A DNA stretch of 64,000 bases from Candidatus Poribacteria bacterium. Lineage in GTDB: Bacteria; Poribacteria; WGA-4E; WGA-3G. Position numbers and translations under genes: made by a program. The stretch spans positions 2,080,001 to 2,144,000 of the forward strand of contig OZ242029.1 of NCBI GenBank assembly GCA_965205015.1, written 5' to 3'. The notes under the pieces were generated by a model, which worked only from the letters and a program-made list of their open reading frames with translations, was not told where the DNA came from and searched no databases. Within the stretch, counting starts at the first letter, position 1. The number at the start of each line of letters is the position of its first letter. Of the stretch, positions 38,573-49,248 are shown in pieces.

Positions 38573-40408
38573 ATGGGAGCACGTTATATTCTTGCATTGG
38601 TTCTAATGATCGCAGTGATGATCGGATGGAGCCTATTTTTCGGCAAACGTTTTGCCCCGCAACCCGATGCACCAGAAACGACCGAGACACCGGCAGCATC
38701 CAGTCCAAGTGAAACACAATCGGACACCGCGACACCGGGAACACTCGAGGGAACCGATATGTCCGTCAGTTCCGACCTCTGGACACCGGTTGAGGAAAGG
38801 CCAGACGATGCGAAAGTCAACGTCCAAACCGATAACTACACTGTTGTTTTTAACGAAAAACTCGCAATCGCTAAACAGTGGCAATTAAATCACTTTCCAG
38901 ACAGGACGGACGCCGACAAAACCCCTTTGGACCTGATTCCTGAAAACGCACTCAACTGCCTCGCACTTCGGTTCGGCAATTCGCAGCTCCAACTCGATTC
39001 ACTCCGTACCAGATGGCAGGCTAACAAATCCGAAATTAATATCACAAACGGACAAAATGCTGACACACTCATCTTCACGGCACCCATCGGAGAAAAATTA
39101 CAAGTCGCAAAGCAGTTCACCTTCAATCCCGACAGCTACTTCGTTGATATGACGCTCACCTTCCAAAATGTCTCTGACGAACCGCTGTTTATGGGGGAAA
39201 CCGAACCCGCAAACGGATACCAACTTCAATGGGGACGAGGTATCAATGCCGATCTGCTCCCACATGAAAAGAAGAGCGGCAAACGTGGACGACGGGGCAG
39301 TGAAGGCGCAAAGGCTTATATAGGTGAGGACAAACCCAGGCGTGAACTCAAATCTGAACAGACGTTAGCCACTGTGCTCTGGGCGGGCATGGACAGCCAG
39401 TACTTCAGCGCAGTGATGATTCCAGATCCCCAGCTTGCCGCGACATATAAATTTATAGAGGCACCACAGGCAGATGTTACAACTAACATCACTGTCACCG
39501 CACCAACAGAGACCGCCGCACTCGTCGTCCCCAGTTTTTATCTCCCAGCGCAGCAGAGAAGGACGGATGTTTTTCGGCTCTACGTTGGTCCGAAAGACGA
39601 TACAATCCTAAAAAGTATACAGGCACCGAATGCACCTGAAAACCCAGTGCGCCTCTCAAAAATCATTGACTTTGGATTCTTCTGGCCCCTGGCATGGGGA
39701 ATGCTCTGGATATTCAAAGGCTTGCACAATATCTTTGGAAACTACGGCATCGCGATTATCCTCCTGACCGCTTTGGTGAAGATCATCTCATACCCCTTCA
39801 CACGCAAAGCACATAAATCTATGAAGGAGATGCAGAAACTTCAGCCCCAGTTAGTGGAATTGAAGGAGAAATACAGGGATGACCCACAGAAACTCAATCG
39901 CGCGACGATGCGACTCTACAAGGAACACGGCGTCAATCCGTTAGGGGGCTGTATACCATGGCTTCCGCAAATTCCGATTTTTTGGGCACTCTTCGCACTT
40001 CTTGGAAGTGCCGTGGAACTCCGGGGGGCACCTTTCCTTTTATGGATCGATGACCTTTCTGCCCCCGACACTTTAATCGAACTGCCTTTTACGATTCCAT
40101 TGATTGTCACGCAAATAGATGCCATCCGCCTATTGCCTATAATAAACGGGTTGACAACCTGGCTCCAACAAAAATTCGTCGGCAACATGGCACCAACAAC
40201 GGACAACATGCAAGCGAAATTAATGCAGTTTATGCCCCTCATTTTTATCTTCATCTTTTATAACTGGGCATCCGGATTTGTGTTGTATTGGTTGTGTAAT
40301 AACGTTTTCACGATAGCACAACAATACCTACAAAACCGAAGCGAGACTGACGAGGGTCCATCCACACCAGCAGATACAAAAAAAAGGAACAACGCCAAAC
40401 GGAAGTAG
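38573..40408 (+). CDS. yidC: Membrane protein insertase YidC
   Basis: YVGPK, IDFG, GNYGIAII, GVNPLGGC, FLLWIDDLS.PD, LYW. Confidence 0.95.
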   Translation: MGARYILALVLMIAVMIGWSLFFGKRFAPQPDAPETTETPAASSPSETQSDTATPGTLEGTDMSVSSDLWTPVEERPDDAKVNVQTDNYTVVFNEKLAIAKQWQLNHFPDRTDADKTPLDLIPENALNCLALRFGNSQLQLDSLRTRWQANKSEINITNGQNADTLIFTAPIGEKLQVAKQFTFNPDSYFVDMTLTFQNVSDEPLFMGETEPANGYQLQWGRGINADLLPHEKKSGKRGRRGSEGAKAYIGEDKPRRELKSEQTLATVLWAGMDSQYFSAVMIPDPQLAATYKFIEAPQADVTTNITVTAPTETAALVVPSFYLPAQQRRTDVFRLYVGPKDDTILKSIQAPNAPENPVRLSKIIDFGFFWPLAWGMLWIFKGLHNIFGNYGIAIILLTALVKIISYPFTRKAHKSMKEMQKLQPQLVELKEKYRDDPQKLNRATMRLYKEHGVNPLGGCIPWLPQIPIFWALFALLGSAVELRGAPFLLWIDDLSAPDTLIELPFTIPLIVTQIDAIRLLPIINGLTTWLQQKFVGNMAPTTDNMQAKLMQFMPLIFIFIFYNWASGFVLYWLCNNVFTIAQQYLQNRSETDEGPSTPADTKKRNNAKRK

Positions 40409-40426
40409 GACCATCCTGAAACCGGT

Positions 40427-40520
40427 TAGGACTTACGCAGCGCCCTGTGCTGGCGAGGTTTCAAACCTCGCCAGCGGTGTGTGAACTGTGGAGTATCACC
40501 TGCAAATTGCGTAAGTCCTG
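40427..40520. mobile_element. 94-bp MITE carrying a REP hairpin
   Basis: TAGGACTTACGCA / TGCGTAAGTCCTG ends; 5-bp target duplication CCGGT. Confidence 0.85.
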
Positions 40521-40577
40521 CCGGTAATAGATCAGCAATTACCTATGAAAGCAATCATGTGAGGAGGGTATTAACCT

Positions 40578-41201
40578 GTGCAGCACTACATCGAAACTGA
40601 AGGTGATACAGTGGAGGAAGCAATTGAACGCGCCCTTACGGAACTTGAGGCAACTCGCGATCAGGTCACCATTGACATCGTCAGTGAACCTACGAAAGGG
40701 ATTTTGAACTTCGGTGCTAAACCCGCGAAGATTCGCGCAACGCTCAAACAGGATGTCTCTTCCGCACCGGAGACAATCTTAAAGGAAATGCTTAACCGGA
40801 TGGGAATCGACGCAGAGGTTGAATCGAATTTTGTTGACGGAAGCACACACCTCAATATCGTCGCCGACAGTCCCGCCCTGCTCATCGGGAAACACGGACA
40901 AACCCTCGATGCAATCGAACGTTTGCTTAATTGTATCGTCAACAAAGCCTCGCTTGTAAAAAGACGCGTTTTCGTCAACACAGAGGGGTATCGAGAACGC
41001 CGAGAAGAACGACTCGTTGAAATGGCACACCAAGTCGCTGAAAAGGTCAAGTATACTGACCGGGAAGTCGTCCTCGCACCGATGTCCGCACGCGATCGCC
41101 GTATCATTCATGTTACCTTAAAGGGAGACGAGATCGTGTCTACCTACAGCCAAGGCGAAGGTGAAATGCGACGCGTCGTCGTCACAACGCAACAACCTTA
41201 A
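40578..41201 (+). CDS. jag: RNA-binding protein Jag/KhpB/EloR
   Basis: Jag_N TVEEAI; KH LIGKHGQTLDA; R3H RRIIH. Confidence 0.92.
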   Translation: MQHYIETEGDTVEEAIERALTELEATRDQVTIDIVSEPTKGILNFGAKPAKIRATLKQDVSSAPETILKEMLNRMGIDAEVESNFVDGSTHLNIVADSPALLIGKHGQTLDAIERLLNCIVNKASLVKRRVFVNTEGYRERREERLVEMAHQVAEKVKYTDREVVLAPMSARDRRIIHVTLKGDEIVSTYSQGEGEMRRVVVTTQQP

Positions 41202-41276
41202 AAGGGTTGTCAGTTGTTGGTTAAGAGGCTTTCGTTTAACAAACGCCTCTTGTAACCGATAACCGATAACTATTTT

Positions 41277-42665
41277 ATGAATTTCCACGATACAATTGCA
41301 GCCATCGCAACAGCACGCGGTGAAGCCGGCATCGGCATCGTCCGAGTGAGTGGTGACCTTGCCCTACCGATTGCCACTGAATTGTTCCGATCACCGCGCG
41401 GTGTGTCTCCCACAGAACTGTCAACGCATACCCTTACATACGGGCACGTCATAGATACAAACGCATCCGATGAAGTTATCGACGAAGTGCTACTCGGTAT
41501 TATGCACGCACCCAACACATATACCGGTGAGGACATCGTCGAATTTAACTGCCACGGCGGAATCGTAACACTCACGGCGGTGTTGGACTTGGTGCTGAAG
41601 AGCGGAGCACGGGTCGCCGAACCCGGAGAATTTACAAAACGTGCTTTCCTCAACGGAAAACTGGATTTAGCACAAGCGGAAGCAGTCGCCGAACTCATCG
41701 CCTCAAAAACAGAGCTCAGCCGAAAGATCGCTATAGACACACTCGCTGGAAAACTCTCTGATACTGTAAATTCCCTCAGCGATCGACTTGCTGACTTGCT
41801 CGCAGAAATTGAAGCTTCCATCGACTTCCCCGAGGAAGATCTGGATTTCATGAAGGTGGAAACGCAACTTGAAGCGGCGCATGCTGTTCAGAACGACTTA
41901 ACGACACTGCTTGACACTGCCGACGAGGGGAGAATTATCACAGAAGGGGTCAAGGTCGCTATACTCGGAAAACCGAACGTCGGAAAATCGAGTCTGCTCA
42001 ATGCGCTCGTCGGTACGACACGTGCAATCGTTACAGACATACCCGGTACAACGCGCGATACAATTGAAGAAACGATTAATGTTAACGGTATCCCGTTGAA
42101 ACTTATTGATACCGCCGGGATTCGACAGACAGATGATTTTGTAGAACAACAGGGTGTTCAACGGAGCAAAGCGGTGATTGACAGTGCAGAGCTGCTGCTC
42201 TTGATGTTCGATGCTTCGCAATCTCTGAACAACGCGGATCTCGAACTCTTACAGACAGCGCACTCCACCGCGGCAATTCTTATTCTCAACAAGGTGGATC
42301 TACCAGTTGTGACACCGCCAACGACATTACTTATGCACTCTCCTAAAAAGCGGATTGTCGAGACAGCGATTCCTGAGGGCAAAGGACTTGATGCACTAAA
42401 GTCTATGATCTGTGAGGAATTGATTGGAGGGGAATTAGGCGTCGGTGAATCGCCGATTCTGACAAACGCTCGCCACCAAGAAGCGCTCCGACGCGCAAGC
42501 GAGGGACTCAATTATGCGATAGAGAGCCTCGAAAATGGTATGCCTCCTGATCTCGTCGCCGTCGATCTGCGAATTAGTTTGGACGGTCTCGGAGATATCG
42601 TCGGTAAAACGACAACTGAAGATATTTTGGATAGGATCTTCTCTCAGTTCTGCGTCGGAAAATAA
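41277..42665 (+). CDS. mnmE: tRNA modification GTPase MnmE
   Basis: DTIAAIAT, GKPNVGKSS, GTTRD, DTAG, FCVGK. Confidence 0.97.
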   Translation: MNFHDTIAAIATARGEAGIGIVRVSGDLALPIATELFRSPRGVSPTELSTHTLTYGHVIDTNASDEVIDEVLLGIMHAPNTYTGEDIVEFNCHGGIVTLTAVLDLVLKSGARVAEPGEFTKRAFLNGKLDLAQAEAVAELIASKTELSRKIAIDTLAGKLSDTVNSLSDRLADLLAEIEASIDFPEEDLDFMKVETQLEAAHAVQNDLTTLLDTADEGRIITEGVKVAILGKPNVGKSSLLNALVGTTRAIVTDIPGTTRDTIEETINVNGIPLKLIDTAGIRQTDDFVEQQGVQRSKAVIDSAELLLLMFDASQSLNNADLELLQTAHSTAAILILNKVDLPVVTPPTTLLMHSPKKRIVETAIPEGKGLDALKSMICEELIGGELGVGESPILTNARHQEALRRASEGLNYAIESLENGMPPDLVAVDLRISLDGLGDIVGKTTTEDILDRIFSQFCVGK

Positions 42666-42759
42666 AAAAGTGAGAACTTTTATCGTGATTGGGTGTGTCT
42701 ATTTCCTGCAGGCGAGCAGTGGGAATCATTCTGGACACAACATCACAAAGGAGTGAGTC

Positions 42760-42960
42760 ATGTTGGGAGCAAAACAACAGTGGTGCCCGCGATGCCAAAG
42801 ACACGTACAAACAGAGCAGAAGCAATCCTACATCGGCAGACAGAAAGAGCTCGTCAGAATTGTTATTACCTGTTTCAAGTGTCGGACAACACTGTCGAGT
42901 AAAACAACCAGCGCAGCCGCGCTTGAGCAGAGCGGAGAAGCGGTACCAACGCAACAGTAG
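42760..42960 (+). CDS. Small zinc-ribbon protein
   Basis: AAGGAG RBS; CPRC...CFKC. Confidence 0.6.
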   Translation: MLGAKQQWCPRCQRHVQTEQKQSYIGRQKELVRIVITCFKCRTTLSSKTTSAAALEQSGEAVPTQQ

Positions 42961-43042
42961 TGCCAATGTGCAATAATACTGCTCAAATGAATGAAATCGT
43001 AAGTAAAATTAAGGCGTTATTAAACAAAAAAGGAGAAGACTA

Positions 43043-43957
43043 ATGTTTAATTCTGTTTTCCGCCGCGTATCACTCGGGGTTCTGCTCCTGATGGTCGGCA
43101 CAGTTCCCGCGCTCATCGCGAGCGAGGAAGTTAAATGGGAAAAGACCCTTGAGGACAGCATGGCGAAAGCCGAGAAGACCGGCAAACCGATGATGATGGA
43201 TTTCTATACCGATTGGTGAGGGTTCTGTAAGCGGCTGGATGCCGAAACGTTTACGGATGCACGCATTATCGAGCTCTCTGAAAAGTTTGTCCCCGTCAAG
43301 GTAAATCCCGAAGATAAGAATTATCCACTCAATGAAGAGACGCGAAGTCGCTACGGGGTCACTGGTTACCCAGCAGTCCTGTTCGTCAGTCCAGATGGAG
43401 GGCTCATTGAAAAGGCTTCAGGATTTCTCACGCCGGAACAGTTTTCACCGATTATGAAAAATGCTTTGGCTAAAGAGGAAACCTTTTCGAAGAAACTTGA
43501 TGCACTGAAGAAGAAACCGGACGATGCCAAACTCAACGCGCAGGTCGCGCTTACCTACATCGAACGGAATCAGCTTGAAAAAGCAGGCGCCTTCAGTGAA
43601 AAAGCATTTGAGCAGGATCCGAAAAACCGCACCAAACTCATTCCCGACCTGCACAACCAATTGGGACTCGCTTACGGCGTACTGCTTGAGCAAGCTATGC
43701 CTGAAAACACCGAAGAGGCGGAGGCGTACTTTGAAAAGGCTGTCTCTCACTTCAAAACCGTCATAGATGTCTACCCGAAAAGCAAGGCACATGAACCCGC
43801 CCAATACTATCTCGGTGTGACATACGCCATCAAACGGAATTTTGAAGAGGGGATCGCCGTGCTTGAGAAGTTATCCCGCCATGCAAAGGACGAGAACATC
43901 AGGCAGGACGCCGAGGCGATGCTGGAATGGGTCAAAGATCGGGCGAGTTCCAACTAA
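43043..43957 (+). CDS. Secreted thioredoxin-fold + TPR selenoprotein (Sec at TGA 43217-43219), 304 aa
   Basis: AAGGAG RBS; signal peptide; KPMMMDFYTDW-TGA-GFCKRL; GYP cis-Pro loop; in frame with ORF 43454. Confidence 0.85.
43220..43258 (+). promoter_or_regulatory. Bacterial SECIS-like hairpin
   Basis: TCTGTAAG/TTTACGGA lower stem; CGGC-TGGAT-GCCG upper stem with its loop starting after 16 nt 3' of UGA. Confidence 0.65.
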
Positions 43958-43989
43958 CAATCTCTGGTAGGTGCGGTTCTAAACCGTAC

Positions 43990-44700
43990 CTACACCACCA
44001 ACGCCGAGACCTCCTCTGCAGTTAGAAGTCTATACGCTCCAGGCGGCAGATTCCCTAACCACAAATTACCAATTCGGATCCGCTTCAAACGGATTACCGG
44101 GTGTCCCACGGCTTTAAACATTAAACGTACCTGCCGTTTCTTGCCTTCGTGAATCACGACCTCAAATTTCGTTGACGTGCCGTCCTTACTGACTCTTAAA
44201 CGCTTGACTTGCGCCGGTGCCGTTGTTCCGCTCGGAATCGTAACACCCTGACGCAACCGTTGAACCGATGCGTCCCGCGGCACACCCTTCACCCACGCGA
44301 GATAACTTTTCTCTACTTCGTGACTCGGATGGAGCAGCCGATATGCAAAGTTTCCATCGTTTGTAAAGAGAAGGAGTCCTTCGGTCTCCAAGTCCAAGCG
44401 TCCAACAGGATAGATGGTATCGGGCAGGTCTGCGACGAGATCCATGACGGTAGGTCGTCCGCGTTCATCGCGGCGCGTCGTTAAGCATCCTGCGGGTTTG
44501 TTAAGCATCAGGTAGGTGTGTTCTGCTAACGGTTCAACCCGTTTTCCCTCAAATTCAACAACATCGATTTCCACATCAATCGGGTGTCCCGGAACCAAAA
44601 TGGGTTCGCCGTTGACGGTGACAGCCCCATCTCGGATGCTCTTTTTCACCGACCGACGCGAGGCGATTCCTGAAGTAGCAATATACTTTTCAAGTCTCAT
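43990..44700 (-). CDS. rRNA pseudouridine synthase (RsuA/RluB family)
   Basis: S4 domain; YPVGRLD..TEGLLL.TNDG; EGKKRQVR. Confidence 0.92.
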   Translation of the reverse strand: MRLEKYIATSGIASRRSVKKSIRDGAVTVNGEPILVPGHPIDVEIDVVEFEGKRVEPLAEHTYLMLNKPAGCLTTRRDERGRPTVMDLVADLPDTIYPVGRLDLETEGLLLFTNDGNFAYRLLHPSHEVEKSYLAWVKGVPRDASVQRLRQGVTIPSGTTAPAQVKRLRVSKDGTSTKFEVVIHEGKKRQVRLMFKAVGHPVIRLKRIRIGNLWLGNLPPGAYRLLTAEEVSALVV

Positions 44701-45338
44701 TGTTCTATGTGCCAACCCTTTTCCGTCGCGATGCGCCTCAGCTGCTTATCCGGATTGACAGCAACCGGATACCCGAACAACGCCAGTTTATGTGCATCCG
44801 TGTGATGATTTCCGTATGCATAGGAAGCACTCAGGTCAAACCCATATTCAGTTGCGAGTTGCTGAGCGAGTTTCGCTTTATTTTCCGCAAAAGGGTGCAG
44901 TCCGATGCGTTGTCCTGTAAATTTTCCATCGACCACTTCCAATTCGTGAGCGACCATCATATCGGTTTGAAAATGATCATGAAATGGTTGAACCAGGAAC
45001 GACAACGAACCCGACATGAGAATAACTGTTCGTCCTTCACTGCGATGGGCATGGATCAACTCAGAAATGTGGGGCGCGATACTCGCACGCAATCGGTCAA
45101 CAAAACAGTGGTGGGCAATCTTATGGATGTGATTCTCTGCTAAACCGCGGAGATAGATTTTGTTAGATTTTGCCACTGGTAAGGACTTAACCTTCAGAAA
45201 ATTGGCGGTCCACGCAAGTAAATTCGATATGGGGATCTCGCCTTGGTTCAACAGATACGTCAAAAAAATCTGCTCTGAGGAGAGACGGATGATCGTGCCA
45301 TCTAAGTCGAAAATGGCACATGTTTTAGGTTCTGTCAT
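44697..45338 (-). CDS. HAD-IB family hydrolase
   Basis: FDLDGT, MSGS, YAYGN...D, AVNPD. Confidence 0.85.
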   Translation of the reverse strand: MTEPKTCAIFDLDGTIIRLSSEQIFLTYLLNQGEIPISNLLAWTANFLKVKSLPVAKSNKIYLRGLAENHIHKIAHHCFVDRLRASIAPHISELIHAHRSEGRTVILMSGSLSFLVQPFHDHFQTDMMVAHELEVVDGKFTGQRIGLHPFAENKAKLAQQLATEYGFDLSASYAYGNHHTDAHKLALFGYPVAVNPDKQLRRIATEKGWHIEQ

Positions 45339-46087
45339 GTTGTCTGTTGTCCTAACGCACGTCGATAGGCTTTCACAGCGGCTTCCATCCCGATATAAAG
45401 CGCATCCGCCATGAGATGGTGGCCGATGGAGACTTCAAGGAGCCCCGGTAATTTCTGCATCAACGGGAGGTTTTCAAGATTCAGATCGTGTCCAGCGTTG
45501 ACGCCAAGCCCTAAATCTGCTGCTTTCATCGCCGCAGTTTCCAATAGGGCAAATTCATGTTCAATTTCCGAATCTGTCTGTGCCATCGCGTAGGGCGCGG
45601 TATAAAGCTCAATTCGGTCCGCCCCGATGTCGCGTGTCCTTGCTATCTGGTCCACGTCGGTTCCACTAAATAGACTCACACGGATATCCGCATTTTTCAA
45701 CGCTTCGATGATCGGTTTCAACAGATCACCATCTTTACGGATATCCCAGACGGTGTGGCTTGTTATTTCACCTACGACAACCGGAACGAGCGTGCATTGT
45801 GTCGGTTTTGTCCGTAGCACCCTATCAATGAGGTCGGGTCTCGGATCGCCTTCGATGTTGTATTCAATATTGGGTGTTTTTTGGGTATTGATTTCTATTA
45901 ACCGGTCAGCGATGTCCTGTACATCTGTTGGGGTGATATGACGCTGATCCTCGCGCGGGTGCACAGTAATGCCCTGCGCACCAGCGGCGACGCAGGTATC
46001 GACAGCCGTGAGAACATCAGGAATATCACCACCTCGGGAGTTTCGTAATGTTGCGATCTTGTTGACATTTACACTTAACGCTATCAT
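45335..46087 (-). CDS. pdxJ: Pyridoxine 5'-phosphate synthase
   Basis: ATLRNSRG, ITVHPREDQRHI, IELYT, NAGHDL, EVSIGH. Confidence 0.95.
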   Translation of the reverse strand: MIALSVNVNKIATLRNSRGGDIPDVLTAVDTCVAAGAQGITVHPREDQRHITPTDVQDIADRLIEINTQKTPNIEYNIEGDPRPDLIDRVLRTKPTQCTLVPVVVGEITSHTVWDIRKDGDLLKPIIEALKNADIRVSLFSGTDVDQIARTRDIGADRIELYTAPYAMAQTDSEIEHEFALLETAAMKAADLGLGVNAGHDLNLENLPLMQKLPGLLEVSIGHHLMADALYIGMEAAVKAYRRALGQQTT

Positions 46088-46117
46088 TTTTTCTCCATAA
46101 AGGGTTACGCGAATTTC

Positions 46118-46723
46118 TCACACTTTTTGAGCGACCATGTTCGTGAGGATACCGAGAATTTTGTCACATTGCGCGATTTGATAGATTGTCAAGTCAACAT
46201 GCAGGCACTTTTCCGCTAATTTAAGGAATAGCCAGTCTGTGCCGGAAGTGACAGCACCATAAATGCAAGGAATGTTGTTTCCTTTTTCTGCGTTAAAGCG
46301 TTGAGCGGCGAGCATCTCAGCGACGCATTGTCCGAGCCCGCCGATCAAATCTTCTTTCTTTGCTTCGACAAGAACAATGACGGGAGCATCTAAGACAATT
46401 TGTCCTGGCGACAAACTGACCAAAAAATCACACACGCCTATCAAGTCATTTTCGGCATCAACATTGAAGTCTATCCCGGAAAAGAGACTAATTCGATCTT
46501 CTGAAATTTCGCGGAGTTCAAATAGCACGTCGGAGACAATCAGCTCCGAACGGGCTTTCTCTGTCCCGATGGCAGTTGCTAACGGCACTTTTTTTGCGAG
46601 TTCCGTTGTGAAATACGGGCGCGGTGTTACAGGTTCGCTTTCAGAAAATAGACCGACCGATTCAATCTTCTCCAGTTGAAAGGTTGATAGTACTTCCGCT
46701 AATGTAAAGTTGCTATAAGCCAT
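46118..46723 (-). CDS. Hypothetical PD-(D/E)XK restriction-endonuclease-like protein
   Basis: EKARSE, CDF, VEAK, GQCVAEM, YGAVTSG..W. Confidence 0.65.
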   Translation of the reverse strand: MAYSNFTLAEVLSTFQLEKIESVGLFSESEPVTPRPYFTTELAKKVPLATAIGTEKARSELIVSDVLFELREISEDRISLFSGIDFNVDAENDLIGVCDFLVSLSPGQIVLDAPVIVLVEAKKEDLIGGLGQCVAEMLAAQRFNAEKGNNIPCIYGAVTSGTDWLFLKLAEKCLHVDLTIYQIAQCDKILGILTNMVAQKV

Positions 46724-46788
46724 TTGGATCCCTCCTTTCGCGAATCGCAGCGTGATTGTTCAAAAAAAACGCGATCCATCCATGCCTT

Positions 46789-48210
46789 TTACGGAAAAAT
46801 GCCCAGTTGCATATAGGATTTCGCAATTCTATGAATAGCATTGATATACGCCGCCGTCCGATAATCCACGGCACTGTTTTCGCTGATGTGCTGCATCCGG
46901 GTTTCACGTATCTCCTGATAGGCGTTTATCATCGTATCCTGAAGACCGGAGTTCACCAAATCTTCCTCATCTGCACCATGCATGAGTTCACGTTCATCGT
47001 CTGAAAATGTATAACCCGTCGCCTTCTCAACAGCACGACGCATCACGTGTTGCGTTTGGTCCTCAAACCGTTTGCCGAGCCTCCCAAATTGGACATGCGA
47101 CAGATTCCGAAGCCACTCGAAATAGGAAACGGTGACACCCCCGGCGTTGAGGAACGTGTCCGGTATAATCATGATATCCCGTTTTTGGAAAATTTCATCA
47201 GCAGCGGGGGTTGTGGGTCCGTTCGCAGCTTCAGCGATAATGGCCGCTTTGATTCGGGGCGCGTTTTCTATTGTGAGTTGATTCTCAAGTGCCGCGGGGA
47301 TCAGAATATCACAGGCTAATTCCAGACCATCGGTCGGATTCTCAATGCGCTCAGCACCCGGATACTCGCGGATGGATCCGGTTTCCGCACGATGCATGGC
47401 AACTTTTTCGACATCAAATCCGCGCGGATCATAGATACCCCCATTTCGCTCGATAATCCCAATGACGCGTGCATCCGCCTCCATCAGAAACTTCGCAGCA
47501 TGATAACCGACATTACCAAACCCTTGGACAATGATACTTTTTCCGTGTAAACCCGGGGATAGTCCAAGTCGTTTCATATCCTCTGCGAAACTACAGGCTT
47601 CTTGTAAACCGAAGGCGACCCCGCGTCCTGTAGCGCCTTTCCGCCCGTGAATCCCATTTTGTTCGATCGGCTTGCCTGTTACACACGCAATGGCATTGAG
47701 CTTATCAGGTGCCATTGTGATATACGTATCCAAGATCCACGTCATTTCGGTTTCACTGGTCCCAAAATCAGGTGCCGGCACGTCTACGCCCGGTCCAATG
47801 TAATTCTTCTGGATCAGTTCATACGTATAACGACGCGTAATGCGCTCCAATTCACTTTCTGAATATTCGCGTCTATCGAGTTGAATGCCCCCCTTAGCAC
47901 CACCGAACGGTACATCAACAAGCGCGCACTTGTAGGTCATGAGTGCCGCAAGTGCCATTATCTCGTCCTCGTTCACGAGCGTACTGTAACGGATGCCTCC
48001 TTTTGTCGGAAGACTGTGATGGCTATGCTCCGCGCGCCAGCCATGAAGGGTTTGGATGGTTCCATCGTCCCGTTTTATTGGAAATGTGAAATGGCAGGAG
48101 TTATTACATATCTTTATCTGCTCCAAAAGTCCGCGCGGATAGTCGGTGAACCGAGCCGCTTTGTCAAAATCCTTGTTCACTTTCTGAAAAAACGAGAAAC
48201 TTTCTGTCAT
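46789..48210 (-). CDS. gdhA: Glu/Leu/Phe/Val dehydrogenase (glutamate dehydrogenase)
   Basis: KGGIRY, PFGGAKGG, DVPAPD, QGFGNVG, NAGGVTVSYFEW. Confidence 0.93.
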   Translation of the reverse strand: MTESFSFFQKVNKDFDKAARFTDYPRGLLEQIKICNNSCHFTFPIKRDDGTIQTLHGWRAEHSHHSLPTKGGIRYSTLVNEDEIMALAALMTYKCALVDVPFGGAKGGIQLDRREYSESELERITRRYTYELIQKNYIGPGVDVPAPDFGTSETEMTWILDTYITMAPDKLNAIACVTGKPIEQNGIHGRKGATGRGVAFGLQEACSFAEDMKRLGLSPGLHGKSIIVQGFGNVGYHAAKFLMEADARVIGIIERNGGIYDPRGFDVEKVAMHRAETGSIREYPGAERIENPTDGLELACDILIPAALENQLTIENAPRIKAAIIAEAANGPTTPAADEIFQKRDIMIIPDTFLNAGGVTVSYFEWLRNLSHVQFGRLGKRFEDQTQHVMRRAVEKATGYTFSDDERELMHGADEEDLVNSGLQDTMINAYQEIRETRMQHISENSAVDYRTAAYINAIHRIAKSYMQLGIFP

Positions 48211-48316
48211 GATATTTAACCTGAATGTAGGAACGGGCGAGGTACAAAGACCTCGCCCTGTAATAATTTAGGCTAACAATAGGAGCGTCTAAAAACTTTG
48301 CCTTGGAAGGCCAGAT

Positions 48317-49177
48317 CTAACGGTGGCGAATGAATTTTTGAAGGCGGGCATCCGCCTGAACTTCGCCGACGTATATATCGCCGTGCGAATCCAACCAAAT
48401 ACCGTGCGGACATGCCATAAATTCACCGGGGACGCTGCTGCCGCGTTCACTGCCCCATTGGGAGACAACCTCACCCTCCAACGTCATGATTGTGATACGT
48501 TGGTCCAGTTCAGCAATATAGACGAGTTCCTCTTCGTCGATGTAGATTGTGTCTGGATGCGCCAAACCACCCCATTCCTCGATGTATTCGCCGTCAAGGG
48601 TGAAAAATTGGATGCGATTGTTTTCCCTGTCAGCGACCATGAGTCTATTGCGCGGATCGACCCTGACACAATGCGGGAGGTCAAACTCACTCGGACCTGT
48701 ACCCGGCTGTCCCCACGATTTAATCAACTCACCCTCGGGCGAGTATTTGTGGACGCGGGCGTTGCCGTAACCGTCGGTGATGTACATTTCACCCTCGGGT
48801 CCGATTGCCAAATCCGTTGGCTTATTGAAGGGTTCACCCTCCGCACCGGGGACATCCGGCGTGCCGAGCGTCATCAGCAGTTCACCATCCGTAGAGAACT
48901 TCCGCATCACGTGCGTGTCCCGTTCTGTACAATAAATATTGTCATCGGCATCGATGAAAATCCCGTGAGCATCCTTGAGAATGTCATCTCCCCAAGAATC
49001 AAGGAAGTTGCCGTCCCGATCGAAGACGACCATCGGATGTTCGCTGCGACTGTAAACATAGACGCTGTCCTGTGAATCAACAGCAACAGCGGGGACCCAA
49101 CCAAATTCCCAACCCTCTGGAAGTGTCCACCAATCTTCTTGCACAGTATATTGATGTGTACCTTGTCCATAAACCAT
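48317..49177 (-). CDS. NHL-repeat protein (PAL-like)
   Basis: FNKPTD, DGYGNARV, FDLPH, ADRENNRIQ. Confidence 0.85.
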   Translation of the reverse strand: MVYGQGTHQYTVQEDWWTLPEGWEFGWVPAVAVDSQDSVYVYSRSEHPMVVFDRDGNFLDSWGDDILKDAHGIFIDADDNIYCTERDTHVMRKFSTDGELLMTLGTPDVPGAEGEPFNKPTDLAIGPEGEMYITDGYGNARVHKYSPEGELIKSWGQPGTGPSEFDLPHCVRVDPRNRLMVADRENNRIQFFTLDGEYIEEWGGLAHPDTIYIDEEELVYIAELDQRITIMTLEGEVVSQWGSERGSSVPGEFMACPHGIWLDSHGDIYVGEVQADARLQKFIRHR

Positions 49178-49248
49178 AAATTTTCTCCCTACTCCAAAAT
49201 GAATTGGTGTCTAATTTAGCAGGTTCATCGCGATTTCTCAAGAAAAAT

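Noticed and set aside
43454-43957. Stand-alone 167-aa TPR gene
   Set aside because: It is the in-frame 3' part of the UGA-readthrough gene starting at 43043
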